Source: Tubulanus polymorphus
Taxonomy: Eukaryota; Animalia; Nemertea
Length of the DNA: 64,000 nucleotides
Reading direction: 5' to 3'
Assembly (NCBI RefSeq): GCF_964204645.1
Contig: NC_134029.1
Span: forward strand, 14,100,850-14,164,849
Under the pieces are notes generated by a model that saw only the letters and a list, made by a program, of their open reading frames with translations, did not search any database and had not been told where the DNA came from. The position numbers and the translations under genes are program-made. This document shows positions 24,620 through 38,009 of the stretch, piece after piece. Every line of letters begins with the position of its first letter. Within the stretch, counting starts at the first letter, position 1.

Positions 24620-25450
24620 GTGGGCGACAAAACCAAAAAAATTAATTGTCGCGGGCGATAAAACCAAAATAATCAATTGTCGCGGGCGATAAAACCAAAA
24701 TAATCAATTGTCGCTGGCGATAAAACCAAAATATTGAATTGTCGCGGGCGACAAAACCAAAAAAATGAATTGTCGCTGGTGATAAAACCAAAATCTTGAA
24801 TCGTCGCGGGCGACAAAACCAAAAAAATGAATTGTCGCTGGCGATAAAACCAAAATCTTGAATTGTCGCGGGCGACAAAACCAAAATATTGAATTGTCGC
24901 GGGCGACAAAACCAAAATAATAAATTGTCGCGGGTGATAAAACCAAAATAATGAATTGTCGCGGCGATAAAACCAAAATCTTGAATTGTGGCGGGCGACA
25001 AAACCAAAATATTGAATTGTCGCGGGCAACAAAACCAAACTAATGAATCGTCGCGGGCGATGAAACCAAAATAATGAATTGTCGCGGGCGATAAAACCAA
25101 AATAATGAATTGTCACTGGCGATAAAACCAAAATAATGAATTGTCACTGGCGATAAAACCAAAATATTGAATTGTTGCAGGCGATAAAACCGCGACAAAA
25201 AAAAATTGTCACGGGCGATAAAACCAAAATAATGAATTGTCGTGTGCGACAAAACCAAAATAATGAATTGTCACGGGCGATAAAACCAAAATAATGAATT
25301 GTCACGGGCGATAAAACCAAAATATTGAATTGTTGTGGGCGACAAAACCAAAATATTGATTTGTCGCAGGTGACAAAATCAAATTAATGAATTGTCGCGG
25401 GCGATGAAACCAAAATAATGAATTGTCGCGGGCGACAAAACCAAAATTAT
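24620..25450. repeat. 31-bp minisatellite array (about 26 units)
   Basis: Unit aaaaccaaaataatgaattgtcgcgggcga(t/c), head to tail with no spacers. Confidence 0.95.
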
Positions 25451-27030
25451 TGTTTTGTCGTGTTATTTTAATTTTGTCGTTTTGTCATAATGTCGCCCTC
25501 ATTTGCATATACGTGTTTTTTTTACGCATGGCCCTTATCAGCCACCATACTAAAGCCTTAAGGTCGTGTAAAACATCGATAAACACTTCAAGCGACAAAG
25601 CGAACTCTCCTTTCCCCCACAGCAAACGCTTAACCTAGTAGAGGCTACTAGCCTATGTAGGCCTATGTATATGCGTAGGCCTAACATCCGGACAGATTGG
25701 TCGTAGGCCTATTGAATAACAACCCACCTAAATATCGTAAATTTTGTTTTGAAGTTCAATCCAATGAGTCCGTTAATAAACGCAACAATTATACTGTGTT
25801 TGTTTGAGACAGTAAAGCTCAGTACCTGTAGGCCTAAAGCCGCGTCAAACTCCATAAACACTTTAAGCGACACAGCGAACGATCCCTTTCCCCAACAGCG
25901 AATGCTTATTCAGAATGTCAAGTGTGAGTCCAGCATACGGAAAGGATTGTGTTATATACTTGTATTTAGTTAATACCTTGTGCATTTGACAATGATCGGT
26001 ATGTACTGTAGGAAATATAGAGTATTGATGGTATTGATATAGAGGTTGAAGCCTGCGGCCGAATAAAGTAATATATTCTTTTATCTTGATACCTCGTCGA
26101 CATAACAGCTTTTCTCCGCTATATCTCTTCGGCGTGTTTCGTTTAGGCCTACGACTCCCCGGTACACTTATGATTTATCTTAGTAAATACACGGTTAATT
26201 TGATAAAGAAAAATAGCTATTGCTAAACTAACTGCTTGACGCCCGCAGCCAATTCACTGGTAGTAATAAATTAATTTGTACTCGATTTGATTCTCATGAT
26301 GAGGTGAAACTTGCAGCTGATCCCCGGAACGACGATGTAGTGACACACGTCGATTCGTCGATGTTTACGGCTCGACAGTGCTTTTAAAATCTAAAGTAGT
26401 AAATTTCGTGTATATCGGTAATACGATTTGATGAGAAAAATGGGCTATTGTTAAAATTAGTTTTTAAAAACCGCGACAGAATGTGCAATCTTTGGGTAAT
26501 AAATTTGTTAATTTATGCTTGAATTGATAACTGATGTGACAAGAAACGTGCGGTAGATTTCGGAAAGAGGACTTAGAAAAACATGTCGGCTCTTTGAATG
26601 GGGCTCAATTTTCAATGTTTACGGCCCGACAGTGCTTTTGTAACGATGATTCTTCAAAATACGCACGGGGTATTTGTAGATCGAAGTGAACTGAATGATA
26701 TCAGACGGATTGTATCGACAACAGCGGCAAGGTAACAAAGCCTTTGTTCTTTTAGTAAAATTAGTGTGGAAGAAAATAATAATAATAATAATCACGCGGA
26801 TATCAATAGGGTTTTCTGTGAAATAACAGAAAACCCTAATTATATTTGGAAAAACAAATATTAGAATTTGAAAATGATTTAAAAGTTAAAAAGAAAAAAT
26901 ATTTAAAAAGCAAAATTATATATTATCTTATTATTAGTGGTTCAGTTACAATAAGTTCTGTAATAACATTTTTAGCCATATTCAGACCATTAACTCCTTT
27001 AGCTATATCAATTGGTGTGTTAGGATTTCT

Positions 27031-28411
27031 AAGGACGGCATTGTCATAGCTCATTGCAGTCGCTTTAATCTGCCTGTAAAGAAATAATCTGATGCTACTA
27101 ACCATGGTATATTTGGATATTTGAAACCTGTAGGTTGTTAATCTGGTGTCACCCATGTTTCGCGTATCTTGACTTCAGCACATGATGGCAGTACTTTTCT
27201 GTTGTTTTTCCCTAGTCTTTTCCATATCCAGCGCACAAATTTTCGGTACGCAATATGCCTGTACAGTCTGAAAAAATGTGTACATGTATTCAAACCGTGT
27301 ATGTACCTTTCTAAAATGTAATTAAATTCTTTTTATCCATTGATTTAATCTTCTTACTCAAATATTGATTGATCATCTGGAACTGGTCCATAATTTTCGC
27401 AATACTCATAAAAGCCTACTTCGATGACGTATGGATGTAAACAGATAGCATGAAATCTTGGGTGGTCAGTAATACATTTCACTCCCTCATCAGTAACACG
27501 CTGACGAATCACAGGCTCCTCCATGCAACAGCAGCATTCTATTTCAGTTGGCATGGGAATGCATTTGTATTGGATCTGGTTATTTGGACCTACCACACTG
27601 CGACACAATCACCTTGAAAAACGAGTTTTAAAAAATAAAAAAAGCTCAGGCTAGTTGTAGTCATTCCAATATTATCAGATAAAAATTTCATTATGTGATT
27701 TTTTCATTTAGCAAGTTGTCGTGTATAAGAATCATTATTGCTCTGTGACTGTAGTATTTCTATTTGTTCTTCAGATCAGTTTCATTGAATTAAATCGAAT
27801 TTAGGCCTATATTTCATGTATCTTGTGGACTTGGTGGGTAGTGATATTACGGATTTCATTAATTACCAATCAACATTATCACTTCTGAAATCTCCGTCTT
27901 CACTTTCGTCGTCCGAAGATGACGACAGTGACAATTATTCTTCATTTTCGTTTGACATGTTTTAGTTTGACGATAATGATTCGCAATCTCCACCGTTAGC
28001 AGTAGTCGATTTTGCAACATTCGGCTCGAATAAATACGGCTGGACTACATCCTGGTCATCTACTCCATGAACCATATTTTCCGAGTCGCTCATTTTTAGG
28101 CCGAAAGTGCTTCAATATGAAAGCTTATTTAACACCGACAAGGAAGAATTTTTAAACGCGGAAGTAAAATATGCGGTGACGGTTGCTTCCCATCCACTAG
28201 AGGCAGCCCTCCCAATGATGTCAGTGCGAGCGCCATCTACCAACATTTAGTGTGAACTACTCTCAAAGCATACAGTTCGGTGCGCACAGAGAAAGTGATC
28301 ACTTTCAATTGAGTCTAAAAAATGAGTCTAATTTCAAATATAGCATAAGTATTAGCAAAACAATCAATCAAAACTAAAATCTTGTATAATGAGTTAGGCT
28401 GCATTTGATCT
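27031..28411 (-). mobile_element. Kolobok DNA transposon fragment: P2X7-ballast-like (KolX-type) pseudogene on -, last codons of the transposase on +, one terminus at TTAA
   Basis: Three exons from ATG 28093: QPYLFEP; CIPMPTEIECCCC..CITDHPRFHAICL; YRHIAYRKFVRWIWKRLGKNNRKVLPSC. Convergent KDGIVIAHCSRF* at 27031-27087. Terminus ...gcatttgatct followed by TTAA at 28412-28415. Confidence 0.7.
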
Positions 28412-29104
28412 TTAAAACAAAACTATGTACCAAATAGTTTCACGGAGAAGGATTTGTCCTTGAAATTTGGTGATTTTGCCCAGCTGTTTTTCATTTAAGT
28501 GATGAAGGTTTTCTGCTTCTCAACAGTGAAACTCTATTGTTGTTCCCTGAATTATTATTGGTTCAATTTTGTATAATTTTTGGCCATATTTGTTTATGAA
28601 ATCAGCTGTCAAGATCAGTATTTTGTTTCCAGATGGTAATTTGGTTCATATTGTTTGCAGGATTTTATAGTACTTTACATCTACCTATATATTAATACGA
28701 AACTGTACCAAACAGTGTCATCGTGGAGAAGGATTGGGCCTTTAAATGTGGTGTGGTAGCCTATCATACACTAATGCAGTGGCTATAAATGGGTGTGAAA
28801 ATATTAGGGGGCCAAATGGAGGCAAACAAAATTTCAGCCAATCAGTGAGCAGGAATTTTAGTTATAGATGGTCATTGTATCAAAACAATTCTACGGTACA
28901 GTATTACTCATGCAGTTACATTGACCCAGTTAGTAGAGCACTAGACTTTGTGGCTTAATGATCAGGAGTTCCATTACTAATAGATAGAAAAGTTTTAAGT
29001 TCTTGGCTAAAAAAATCATCCATACTCACCTATGCTCATCATAAAATCCGATATCATTGCTTTGCAGCTATATTTTCAATTCATTTTCCTTAATCTTTTA
29101 TCAG

Positions 29105-29211
29105 AGATTGAGGGAAGAGAAACATGAAAATGATACAAAAATGCAGCAAAGGGAAGATGAGATGGAAGATCTTAAAATGAAGTCTGATGAAATGGAGAAT
29201 CGATTGAGAGG
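29105..29211 (+). CDS. Host coiled-coil protein gene, exon A
   Basis: cag/gtaag splice sites; RLREEKHENDTKMQQREDEMEDLKMKSDEMENRLRG; ends in phase 2, matching the next exon. Confidence 0.7.
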
Positions 29212-29296
29212 GTAAGAACAACTACAAGATGTAAATTGTGGTGGTTATATTGATTAAGCCCTACTCAGGAGGAGAATGATTTTGAAAATTTTTCAG

Positions 29297-29457
29297 ACAA
29301 ATATCTGAACTTGTGAAAGAAAAACATCTGGTTTATGCTAAATTGAAGACAATGGAAGATAGATATGCTGGAATGCTTTCTGAGATGGAGGTTTTACGTT
29401 TAAGCACAAGCATTGGTGTTCAATCTTGCAATCTGCAACGAGATTATGCTGCAGAAG
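29297..29457 (+). CDS. Host coiled-coil protein gene, exon B
   Basis: tttttcag/gtgtgt; phase 2 in, phase 1 out; QISELVKEKHLVYAKLKTMEDRY...DYAAE. Confidence 0.7.
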
Positions 29458-30841
29458 GTGTGTTTGACCAAAAATATTTACATACATTCATACAAATAGT
29501 CCTTAGAGCCTATGATTAACAGTCCACAGTGTACATTATCCATTGTCCCTGTAAATACACCATGATGAAAAGCTCATTGCGTACTACCATTTTTTCCAAG
29601 ACTGATGTTTTGCTTATGTAAGGGACCATTCATAAAATCTAATTTCAGACCAAGCAGGCTATTGCGTTAAATTTCCATCCTTTGTTGGGGCGCTGTACAT
29701 GTATCTGACCTAGACACATCTGTAGCTCAAAAATTCTAATTGATGTAATAGCCATATAGATTGTTCCAAGAGACATGGTCGTCTATTCTGGACTTGAACC
29801 GATGAAGAGTTAATGGGTGGTTTTACTTCAAAAAACTGGTCCATACTGAAATTTTTAGGCCCTATATTAGATATATTTAGACCGTATATTATGGCCCAAA
29901 ATACAAAATGGAGCAAAATTAGATTAAGTAACATCTTTGGAACTAATTTTCAATTGGATTCATAATTTTGATGAATATAAAACTAGAAAAAGCCATTGCA
30001 ACTGACAGAATGATAGAAATTCGTGCCACATTTCAATAGGCAAGTTTTTTGGGGTTTAAAATATACTGATTTTAGCTGGGAGCCCAGAATATATTGGGTT
30101 CATTTTTTTGAAAGATCACTGTTCAAAAGGCGTAATCGTCAATCAATTAATGTTTTACCACTTATGATACATTATATTTTTGCTGATTGGGGTATTCATC
30201 ACGGGGCGCGAGGTGCGCTGCACATTGTACTTTTGAATCTCCTGACACTCATCACAGTTGATGGGACATGACGGTATAACATTTGATAAAATGAATGAAA
30301 TAGAATTCTAGTCTGTGCGATGCTGAATTGACTTATTTGTCATAATAAATTGACTCTCGTTGCTAAGGTTATTTTAGCTGATTTTACCTTGTTATCAATG
30401 CAACTTGCAAATGAAAGGTAACTTTTTGGCGTAAGTACGCCAATTATGGACACAAAAATCTCAGGACAAAATATGGACAAATAAGTGCAATTGCTGTTTA
30501 TTCGTGAATGGGTTAAAATCAACCAATTGCTGAAAGAAAACACACATTTTTGACCATGTCAAACTTATGATCACATAAAACCCAGATTTGCCGAGGAAGT
30601 TTTGAAGCGGTGTCATGCTAGATATATTTGGTAAACTTTCATCCACTATTGATTTCCACAAAGCACCCGCATTGTTCTACCTAGAAACGATGAAATAACA
30701 AGCAAAAAAAGTTCTCAAGTAATATCTATATGCGGTACCATACTTCAGGAAATCTGCCATACCTCATAGTATGGTCATTTAAATCAGAAGCGCTAGAAAC
30801 CCTTTATTGCTACCTGGCAGTTATATTCATATTTTTTTCAG

Positions 30842-31080
30842 CTGAAATAGAGAAGTTAAAGAGTGAGTTGGTTACTGCGCAAAATGAATCGCAACAATGT
30901 ACTCGGTCGACTAAAATGATGGAAGGCCAGCTTAAAGCAGTAAAAGCTGAACTGAATGCTAAAGCTAAAGAACTGGAAATAGTGTCACATAAACTACATG
31001 ATGCAATCTCAGAGATCTCAACGCATTCAAATGAAATTTCGAACAAACACCAGGATCATGTGGAAAAGTTGTATGCCCAG
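30842..31080 (+). CDS. Host coiled-coil protein gene, exon C
   Basis: tttttttcag/gtaaag; phase 1 in, phase 0 out; AEIEKLKSELVTAQNESQQ...VEKLYAQ with a heptad pattern. Confidence 0.75.
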
Positions 31081-31139
31081 GTAAAGTTCATATAATATTG
31101 ACATATCACGAGTGGGGCAGATAAGATGTCCACATACCA

Positions 31140-32250
31140 ATGTTAGAAGAACAAAACAAAAATTTTGAAAATTTAAGAGATACAATAACTAGTATAAACT
31201 TTTCACCCACAGTCATTGGGGTATCCAAAACGTGGGCGCTAGATGATCAAGATAATGACGTATTATACAAACTAGACGGATACAATAGCTTTTTCTTAAA
31301 TCGTCATTTTAACTATGCAGGCGGTGTGGCGATATATATTGATGACCATTACCATTGTAAAGTACGTAACGACATGAGTATTGAAAGTAACACTTCTGAA
31401 TTGTTATTTTGCGAATTGTCGATTTCACGTAATGAAAAAATATTAGTTGGTGTCCTGTATCAACAAAGGAGGTCAACCAATTGATCAGTTTACCACCGAA
31501 CTTAATTCAAGATTAGCTAAATTGCCTAAAAATAACGTGTTCATTTTGGGCAACATCAATATAGATCTCATCAAAGCATCCACGCACAACAAGACCCACG
31601 ACTTCTTGAATAACATGGTTTCGCACTCATTACAACTTCTCATTTTAAAACCAACAAGAGTCACCGAAATGTCAGCAACCTGTATTGACCACATATATAC
31701 CATTGTTGACAACCAACGACCGGCATATTGACTACTGATATTTCAGACCATTATTCTACCTTTGTTATTTACCCGATGGCTCGACGCTTTGTTATTTGCT
31801 CGACGGCGTAAAAATGCATCGTACATTATCCATTTTAGACCGATCAATGAACTCAATATTTTGGATTTTAAAGCGCGCTTGGTCTACGAAGACTGGAGTG
31901 ACATATACACAACCAATGATCCCAACGTGGCATAAAATCCCTTTTTCACGAGATACAAGCTGCTCTACGACTTAAGTTTTCCTATTCTAACTAAAAATGT
32001 AACTCGTCCTTCGTGTAAACCCTGGCTGTCCGAGGGCTTACTAAATTCTGTCAAAACCAAATTGAAATATTACCTAATATACAAACGAACTAAGCGCGCT
32101 GATCATCACGAACGTTATGAGAAATATCGCAACAGGTTGAATCGATTGCTTAAAGCGGCGCAGAAACGGCACTTCGCATTAGCATTAATTGCTGTGAAAC
32201 ATGACCTGAAAAAAACCTGGTCGATTCTAAACCAAGTTATCGGTAGCCCT
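31140..32250 (+). mobile_element. CR1/L2-type LINE fragment (APE endonuclease and tether), decayed
   Basis: VIGVSKTW, GGVAIYI, ILGNINIDL, PTRVTEMSATCIDHIY, ISDHY, KPWLSEGL, KHDLKKTWSILN. Confidence 0.85.
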
Positions 32251-32356
32251 AAAGATAATTTAGATTTTAAAAAGTGTTTTCTGAGAGGTCGAGTGAAAAA
32301 CCTAAATGACCTACATCGAGCAGCGATGACGTAGTAGGTTGATAACAACAACAAAA

Positions 32357-34120
32357 ATGGCGGAGCTCATTGCATGTAGTGAAGTGAGCGATTCTTCGTA
32401 TTTAGTGGACGATAGCGATACGTTATCATCATCAAATCAAAGTAAGTATATACGTGATGCCCTGTAAATGCTATAGGCACTCTCTACATTACCGACAGAT
32501 CATATATCAAACGCGTGTCTGAAAGTTATTGTTTGTTTTTCCTGCCGGTTATTCTCAATCTCGTCAATACATTACAATAGGCTATACAGCTGACACCGGA
32601 CACGCACATTCTCAACTAGGCCTACTTATTTAATGCGTATTTGTACTGAGTCTACATAATATAATAATACTGTCATCTGAAGATTTTTTTATTGACAAAA
32701 AGCAGTTGATGAGAGATCTCTCACCTTTACTCAAAATGAAAATTATTTGGCTTCATTTCAGGCGATGACTCACTTACTCATTCAGACTTAGAAAAATCCA
32801 ATTTAAATAGCTTAGATCCCTACTCGCTAGAACCATTAGCCATACGTGAACAAGATAACAGAGAGATAAATCTAATGTCAGAAGAAGGCCTACTAGGTGA
32901 AGGGATGGAAAGGATTGGAAACAAAGATTGGTAGGCATATGTTTATGAACGTTTTTAACTTGAGACCATTCTTTGCATCATCGCTTGCCAAGGTTTAATT
33001 GTAGACCCTTCATTAATAGACCAATGCAAGGATGATTCGTTGAGGATTGAAACAAATATACTCAATAAAGAAATCTTTTTTTATTCATAGGTGTGAATGT
33101 AATAACTGTGTTAGCATGGAGACAGAACCAGAAAGCTATTGCTGCCACGAAAAGAATGCTGTCCTCCATTAAAATGGAAGAATTTTCCACTGAAAATGGT
33201 CATGAGTTGATTTGCATCACCGCACATCCTGGGTTTCGTTCAGTTTGTCTAGATCCGTGGTCCCTCGAAATGGCATATCAATATTTAAAAGCTGATGGGT
33301 ACATAGAACCTGAAATGCCCAATCAAGCGTAAGTAGAAAACTAGAAATAATTTGTTTTTTTAATTAGGGTTGTCTGACTTTCGTCGAAAACCCTCTTTAA
33401 ATTCTGTTGATTATTATTATTATATATTTTCCGCCGATTTCGTCAAATAAAATTCATCTTCATTCAGATTCTGCAACTGACAGCTTCGAAATGAAATGTA
33501 TAAATTGATACTGTAATAACGGTCTCTCTGAACCAACAGATTGTCTGAATGTACTTTCCATCCTATTTGAAACTTAAAATTACTTATTAGGTTACTGTAA
33601 ATAAAGAATTGAATTGAATTGTTAGACAACAAGCACCGGCGAAATAACAGTTTGTGACGTCATTTAGTAAGTAAATAAAGGAGGGCTCCGAGAATTTCCA
33701 AATCACGGGGGACTATACTGGGGTTAGACCATTCAACCAAAAAGAGGATTGCTCCGATAATATCCATATCATCTCATTTTATTTTTTCCATCGAATACCC
33801 GGTAATTAATTTTTCCTTTCGATCACATGCATCCAGAAAACCCGTTATCGCTGCTTTGCAGCTATATTTTTTATTGTTTTAGGCAAAGAGCAATTCTTTT
33901 GCATGTATGTACATCAATATAAACAAAAGTGTAATGCATTTATTCTATTTACAGAAAATATGGATATACTGGCTATAGAAGATTTATCCAGTGGAACTAT
34001 AGAATATTGGGAAAAAAGAAAAGAATACCTATTCCAAATTGTGTTGTTTCACAAATAAGAGAAACTTATCCAGATGAAGGTGGCATTTACAAAGGTTTTA
34101 AACAACCAAATCTGAATTAA
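32357..34120 (+). pseudogene. Four-exon P2X7-ballast/nanor-like cysteine-rich gene (KolX-type accessory gene of Kolobok), one frameshift
   Basis: Exons 32357-32441, 32762-32930, 33091-33328, 33955-34120 with GT-AG boundaries; PYSLEP, ERIGNKDWCECNNCVSMETEPESYCC, CITAHPGFRSVCLDPWSL, GYRRFIQWNYRILGKKKRIPIPNCVVSQIRETYP..YKGFK. Confidence 0.8.
33362..33870 (+). mobile_element. Short Helentron/DINE-like element in intron 3 of the KolX-type gene
   Basis: 5' end aattagggttgtctgactttcgtcgaaaaccct; 3' end cagaaaacccgttatcgctgctttgcagctatattt. Confidence 0.7.
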
Positions 34121-34634
34121 GTACATTTTGTAGTAGTGTTAACTAATAGGTTTATTGTTCTAGATTATAGATTTACAGCCCTGCACTTACTTATTTACTA
34201 CATGATTTCATAATTTGAAGGGATGAAAATAATTTTTTATGATAAATATTTATTTACCATTCTTAAATATATAATCATGTTGTTGTTACGATTGGCAATA
34301 CTAGTTGATGAAAACCTTCAGTTTTGTGTGCTATCAATTCGGTTTCTTTATCAGCAAATCAGGTCTTGTGCAGCATGATTGCATTTTCTTTGTTGACTCG
34401 AGTTACTTTACTTGTCAGGGGTGGTGGTTTGGAATTGTCGCTGAGGTAACTCCTACCAGAGACAACATGGTCGCAGACACAGGCCATTAGTGGAGTAATG
34501 TAATCTGAAATGAACAATGTGCCAAAACTCCATGGTAATAAATAGATGTACATATATTTATATGATTAAGTTATTACTATAAACTTACTGAAAGTTGCTC
34601 GCTCCAATACTTTGCAAAGAGTATAACTTCCCTT

Positions 34635-36672
34635 CATGAACTTTGGATATACAATTAAGTACCTATCGTCACCCTGTTTTGTTTTAGCTTGCTTCCGCCA
34701 AACATTTTCATTGTGATGAAGGATTGCTATTTGATACCTGAAAATGTTACACTAATAAACATTAATATTTTGCTGACACTTTATCGAGAATCTTTGAAAA
34801 TACTCCAGTTCTCTATTTACCTTGCCCTCAATGCCATGATAACTGAAATGGAGCATTTTTGGGGCCATGTGATTCAGCAGTGAATGGAACGATTCAACTC
34901 CGGATGTGACACTGTTCAGTGAAAGCTGTTTAACATCCTTCAGAACATTTGTTGAAAATACAGTTTGATGTAAACGAGTATATGCTTTTGAATCTGCAAA
35001 CAAAAGTCTCCCTATTTCAAGGTATGGTACAGGTACATATAGAATGAAGGGTGCTATTTTCGTTTAGGCAAAAGCTAGGTGAGATGTATAGTGTAAACCT
35101 ATAGCCTGAAGAAGGATGAGAAAAGACATAATAACACAAACCAACAACAAGAGCTAAAGAATTATTTGGAGTTGATATTTTACTCATAATAACATTACTC
35201 TGTAACCATAATAACATGTAAGGTGAAAATCATAAAGCAGTGATTACAATAAAAGCCGTGAAATTTATGTTATACATCTATTATATAATGTTTTTTTAAT
35301 TACCATCATAAAGACATGCTGATTCTCCCTGTAAGGTATTCAAAATATAAATACAATTTGTAAAATATAGCTGCAAAGCAGCGTTGACGGGTTTTCTGCA
35401 AAGCCATTCAGAATGATGGGAATTGTAGTAAATTGAAATATCGATACATAGAATAAAATGCATTGACAGATTCGAACCTAATATGCTGTGTAAACGTCAA
35501 ATATGATTCAGCTTTGAAACCGAACATACGCGGACGTACAATCACAAATATTAATTTATTTGACCAGGCATTTATTTTGGCTTTCAAACATCATGATACT
35601 GTATTATCACCATCCTTAAAAATGGATCTGTCCTATTAAGAACTCATCTTAAGCATGAACTTTGGATATACAATTAAGTACCTATCGTCACCCTGTTTTG
35701 TTTTAGCTTGCTTCCGCCAAACATTTTCATTGTGATGAAGGATTGCTATTTGATACCTGAAAATGTTACACTAATAAACATTAATATTTTGCTGACACTT
35801 TATCGAGAATCTTTGAAAATACTCCAGTTCTCTATTTACCTTGCCCTCAATGCCATGATAACTGAAATGGAGCATTTTTGGGGCCATGTGATTCAGCAGT
35901 GAATGGAACGATTCAACTCCGGATGTGACACTGTTCAGTGAAAGCTGTTTAACATCCTTCAGAACATTTGTTGAAAATACAGTTTGATGTAAACGAGTAT
36001 ATGCTTTTGAATCTACAAACAAAAGTCTCCCTATTTCAAGGTATGGTACAGGTACATATAGAATGAAGGGTGCTATTTTCGTTTAGGCAAAAGCTAGGTG
36101 AGATGTATAGTGTAAACCTATAGCCTGAAGAAGGATGAGAAAAGACATAATAACACAAACCAACAACAAGAGCTAAAGAATTATTTGGAGTTGATATTTT
36201 ACTCATAATAACATTACTCTGTAACCATTGTAACATGTAAGGTGAAAGTCATAAAGCAGTGATTACAATAAAAGCCGTGAAATTTATGTTATACATCTAT
36301 TATATAATGTTTTTTTAATTACCATCATAAAGACATGCTGATTCTCCCTGTAAGGTATTCAAAATATAAATACAATTTGTGAAATATAGCTGCAAAGCAG
36401 CGATGACGGGCTTTCTGCAAAGCCATTCAGAATGATGGGAATTGTAGTAAATTGAAATATCGATACATAGAATAAAATGCATTGACAGATTCGAACCTAA
36501 TATGCTGTGTAAACGTCAAATATGATTCAGCTTTGAAACCGAACATACGCGGACGTACAATCACAAATATTAATTTATTTGACCAGGCATTTATTTTGGC
36601 TTTCAAACATCATGATACTGTATTATCACCATCCTTAAAAATGGATCTGTCCTATTAAGAACTCATCTTAAG
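34635..36672. repeat. Near-perfect 1019-bp tandem duplication
   Basis: 34635-35653 repeats at 35654-36672; the ORF track shows duplicated ORFs offset by 1019 bp; only a few substitutions. Confidence 0.95.
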
Positions 36673-38009
36673 CACCTGCTGAGTCGATAGATTGAGTGAA
36701 TTTACAGATAAGAACGTACTATGATTTAGAATAGATTTAAGAAGTTAATGTTTTTATTGAAATATTTGAATAAATACATATATTGTAGATTCAATCAATA
36801 AATTATGAATTGATCTGGTCTAGGTTTCCAGCTGATGTTGATTTTGGCTTTTATGGATTACAAATTCTATAGTGATAAACAATTGATACCTGCAACATGT
36901 GTGTAAATCAAACCTATTCCACTAGTTGCGTGTGTTTCCTAATAAACAGGAGAGTCACTCTTTATCCAAGTTATTAGAAAAATAATGTTCATTTAGTTAT
37001 AGAAATTCATTGCCTTTTTGGAAATTCTGTAATAATATTTGTATTGTCCTAATTTTTATTACTGTATGAACCAATGATATGCTTTGTAAATATCATGTAA
37101 TAAAATAAATTTGAATTTGAATTAAATTTGAACATGAGAATCAAGCATAACTTGTGTTTTTTCAAAATGTCTTTTGTTAACAGTTTCAGAGTTTCAATTG
37201 CAATCAAATCCAAATTGGCTAAAAAGTACATAGGACTAAATGAAATGAACCGTTAGTTACTGAAAACCTATTCCAGTGTTATGTCGATCGTGTTGAATCA
37301 CTTTTCTTGAGTTGAAAGAATCAGATCTTCTATGGTGCAACATCGGTCGAAGAGAGATATCTTGGTGTTGACTGTCCTTGACCATCTAACTGCATGCGTT
37401 TGACATTGGAATCAGCATCATACCCATTTGAACTGCAAAATATTCATACAACATGAAAACCTACAGTACATGTATACAGTAATCAAACTTTCACCAATGT
37501 TGGATATTTGAATGAATGTTGGGTTTATTTCAGTATTCTAAAGCAGGAAATAATTAGCCCAATCAATAGGCCCTATTCCCATTGGAACAATTGTATAATG
37601 CGTACGCTATACTGTACACTTATCAGTCAAGAATGGAGAAATCGGTATACCAAACCTACGAACAGCAAAATGTACAGGCCTACAATGATTTCTTGTATAC
37701 AAGCCGTGACCACATGAACGTTTTGGTTTGACTATTAATGTCAGCAGGTCAGAGAAGGCCTGGCCAAATTTAATCACATGGCTCAAATCAATTAGCTTTT
37801 CTGCGTGTGAATACTTCACTGTATTGTTTTAAAAATAGGCCTATCAAGTGAATTAGTACATAGACTGAATTAAACTTTAGGCTACTCCTGACCAAATCCT
37901 ATCCATGTTATAATTGCACCAGTTATAGTAACATCACTGTAGGGCCGACGAGAGGGAAAAAGTTGTGTTTGTAGTACATAGGCATGGTAGGCTTGTCGTA
38001 CTCACTTAA

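Larger units (their letters stand above)
23092..26840 (-). mobile_element. Composite non-autonomous Helentron/DINE-like element
   Basis: Minus-strand 5' end attagggttttctg..cagaaaaccct; 3' end cagaaaacccgttatc followed by the gctgctttgcagc hairpin. The same termini recur near 29050, 33362-33870, 35365, 36385, 39235, 45093 and 46250. Contains a LINE RT fragment (DFDKAFD, SGVTLGSIL) at about 23150-23390. Confidence 0.7.
11477..27030 (+). mobile_element. Endogenous Polinton/Maverick (adintovirus-like) remnant, interrupted by three insertions and truncated on the right
   Basis: Very AT-rich, intronless, co-oriented gene array with protein-primed PolB, a penton-like gene and small membrane-type ORFs. 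No integrase, major capsid, ATPase, protease or TIR pair was recognised in the window. Confidence 0.8.
23034..27030 (+). pseudogene. Polinton membrane-protein gene split by a 3.75-kb insertion and truncated
   Basis: MDDKIDNVDIIHDINETKLK (23034-23093) rejoins YLEKQILEFENDLKVKKKKYLKSKIIYYLIISGSVTISSVITFLAIF...IGVLGF (26843-27030). Confidence 0.55.

Noticed and set aside
24642-25258. Overlapping long ORFs (VLSPATIHYFGFIARDN repeats), also at 41378-42143
   Set aside because: The 31-bp unit has no stop codon on one strand in any frame, so these ORFs are artefacts.
24620-25450. 31-bp palindromic repeats as a CRISPR array
   Set aside because: The units are contiguous with no unique spacers, there are no cas genes and the context is eukaryotic; this is a minisatellite.
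27100-34120. P2X7 purinoceptor genes
   Set aside because: Only the cysteine-rich ballast-like domain is present, with no channel or ectodomain, and the context is transposon.
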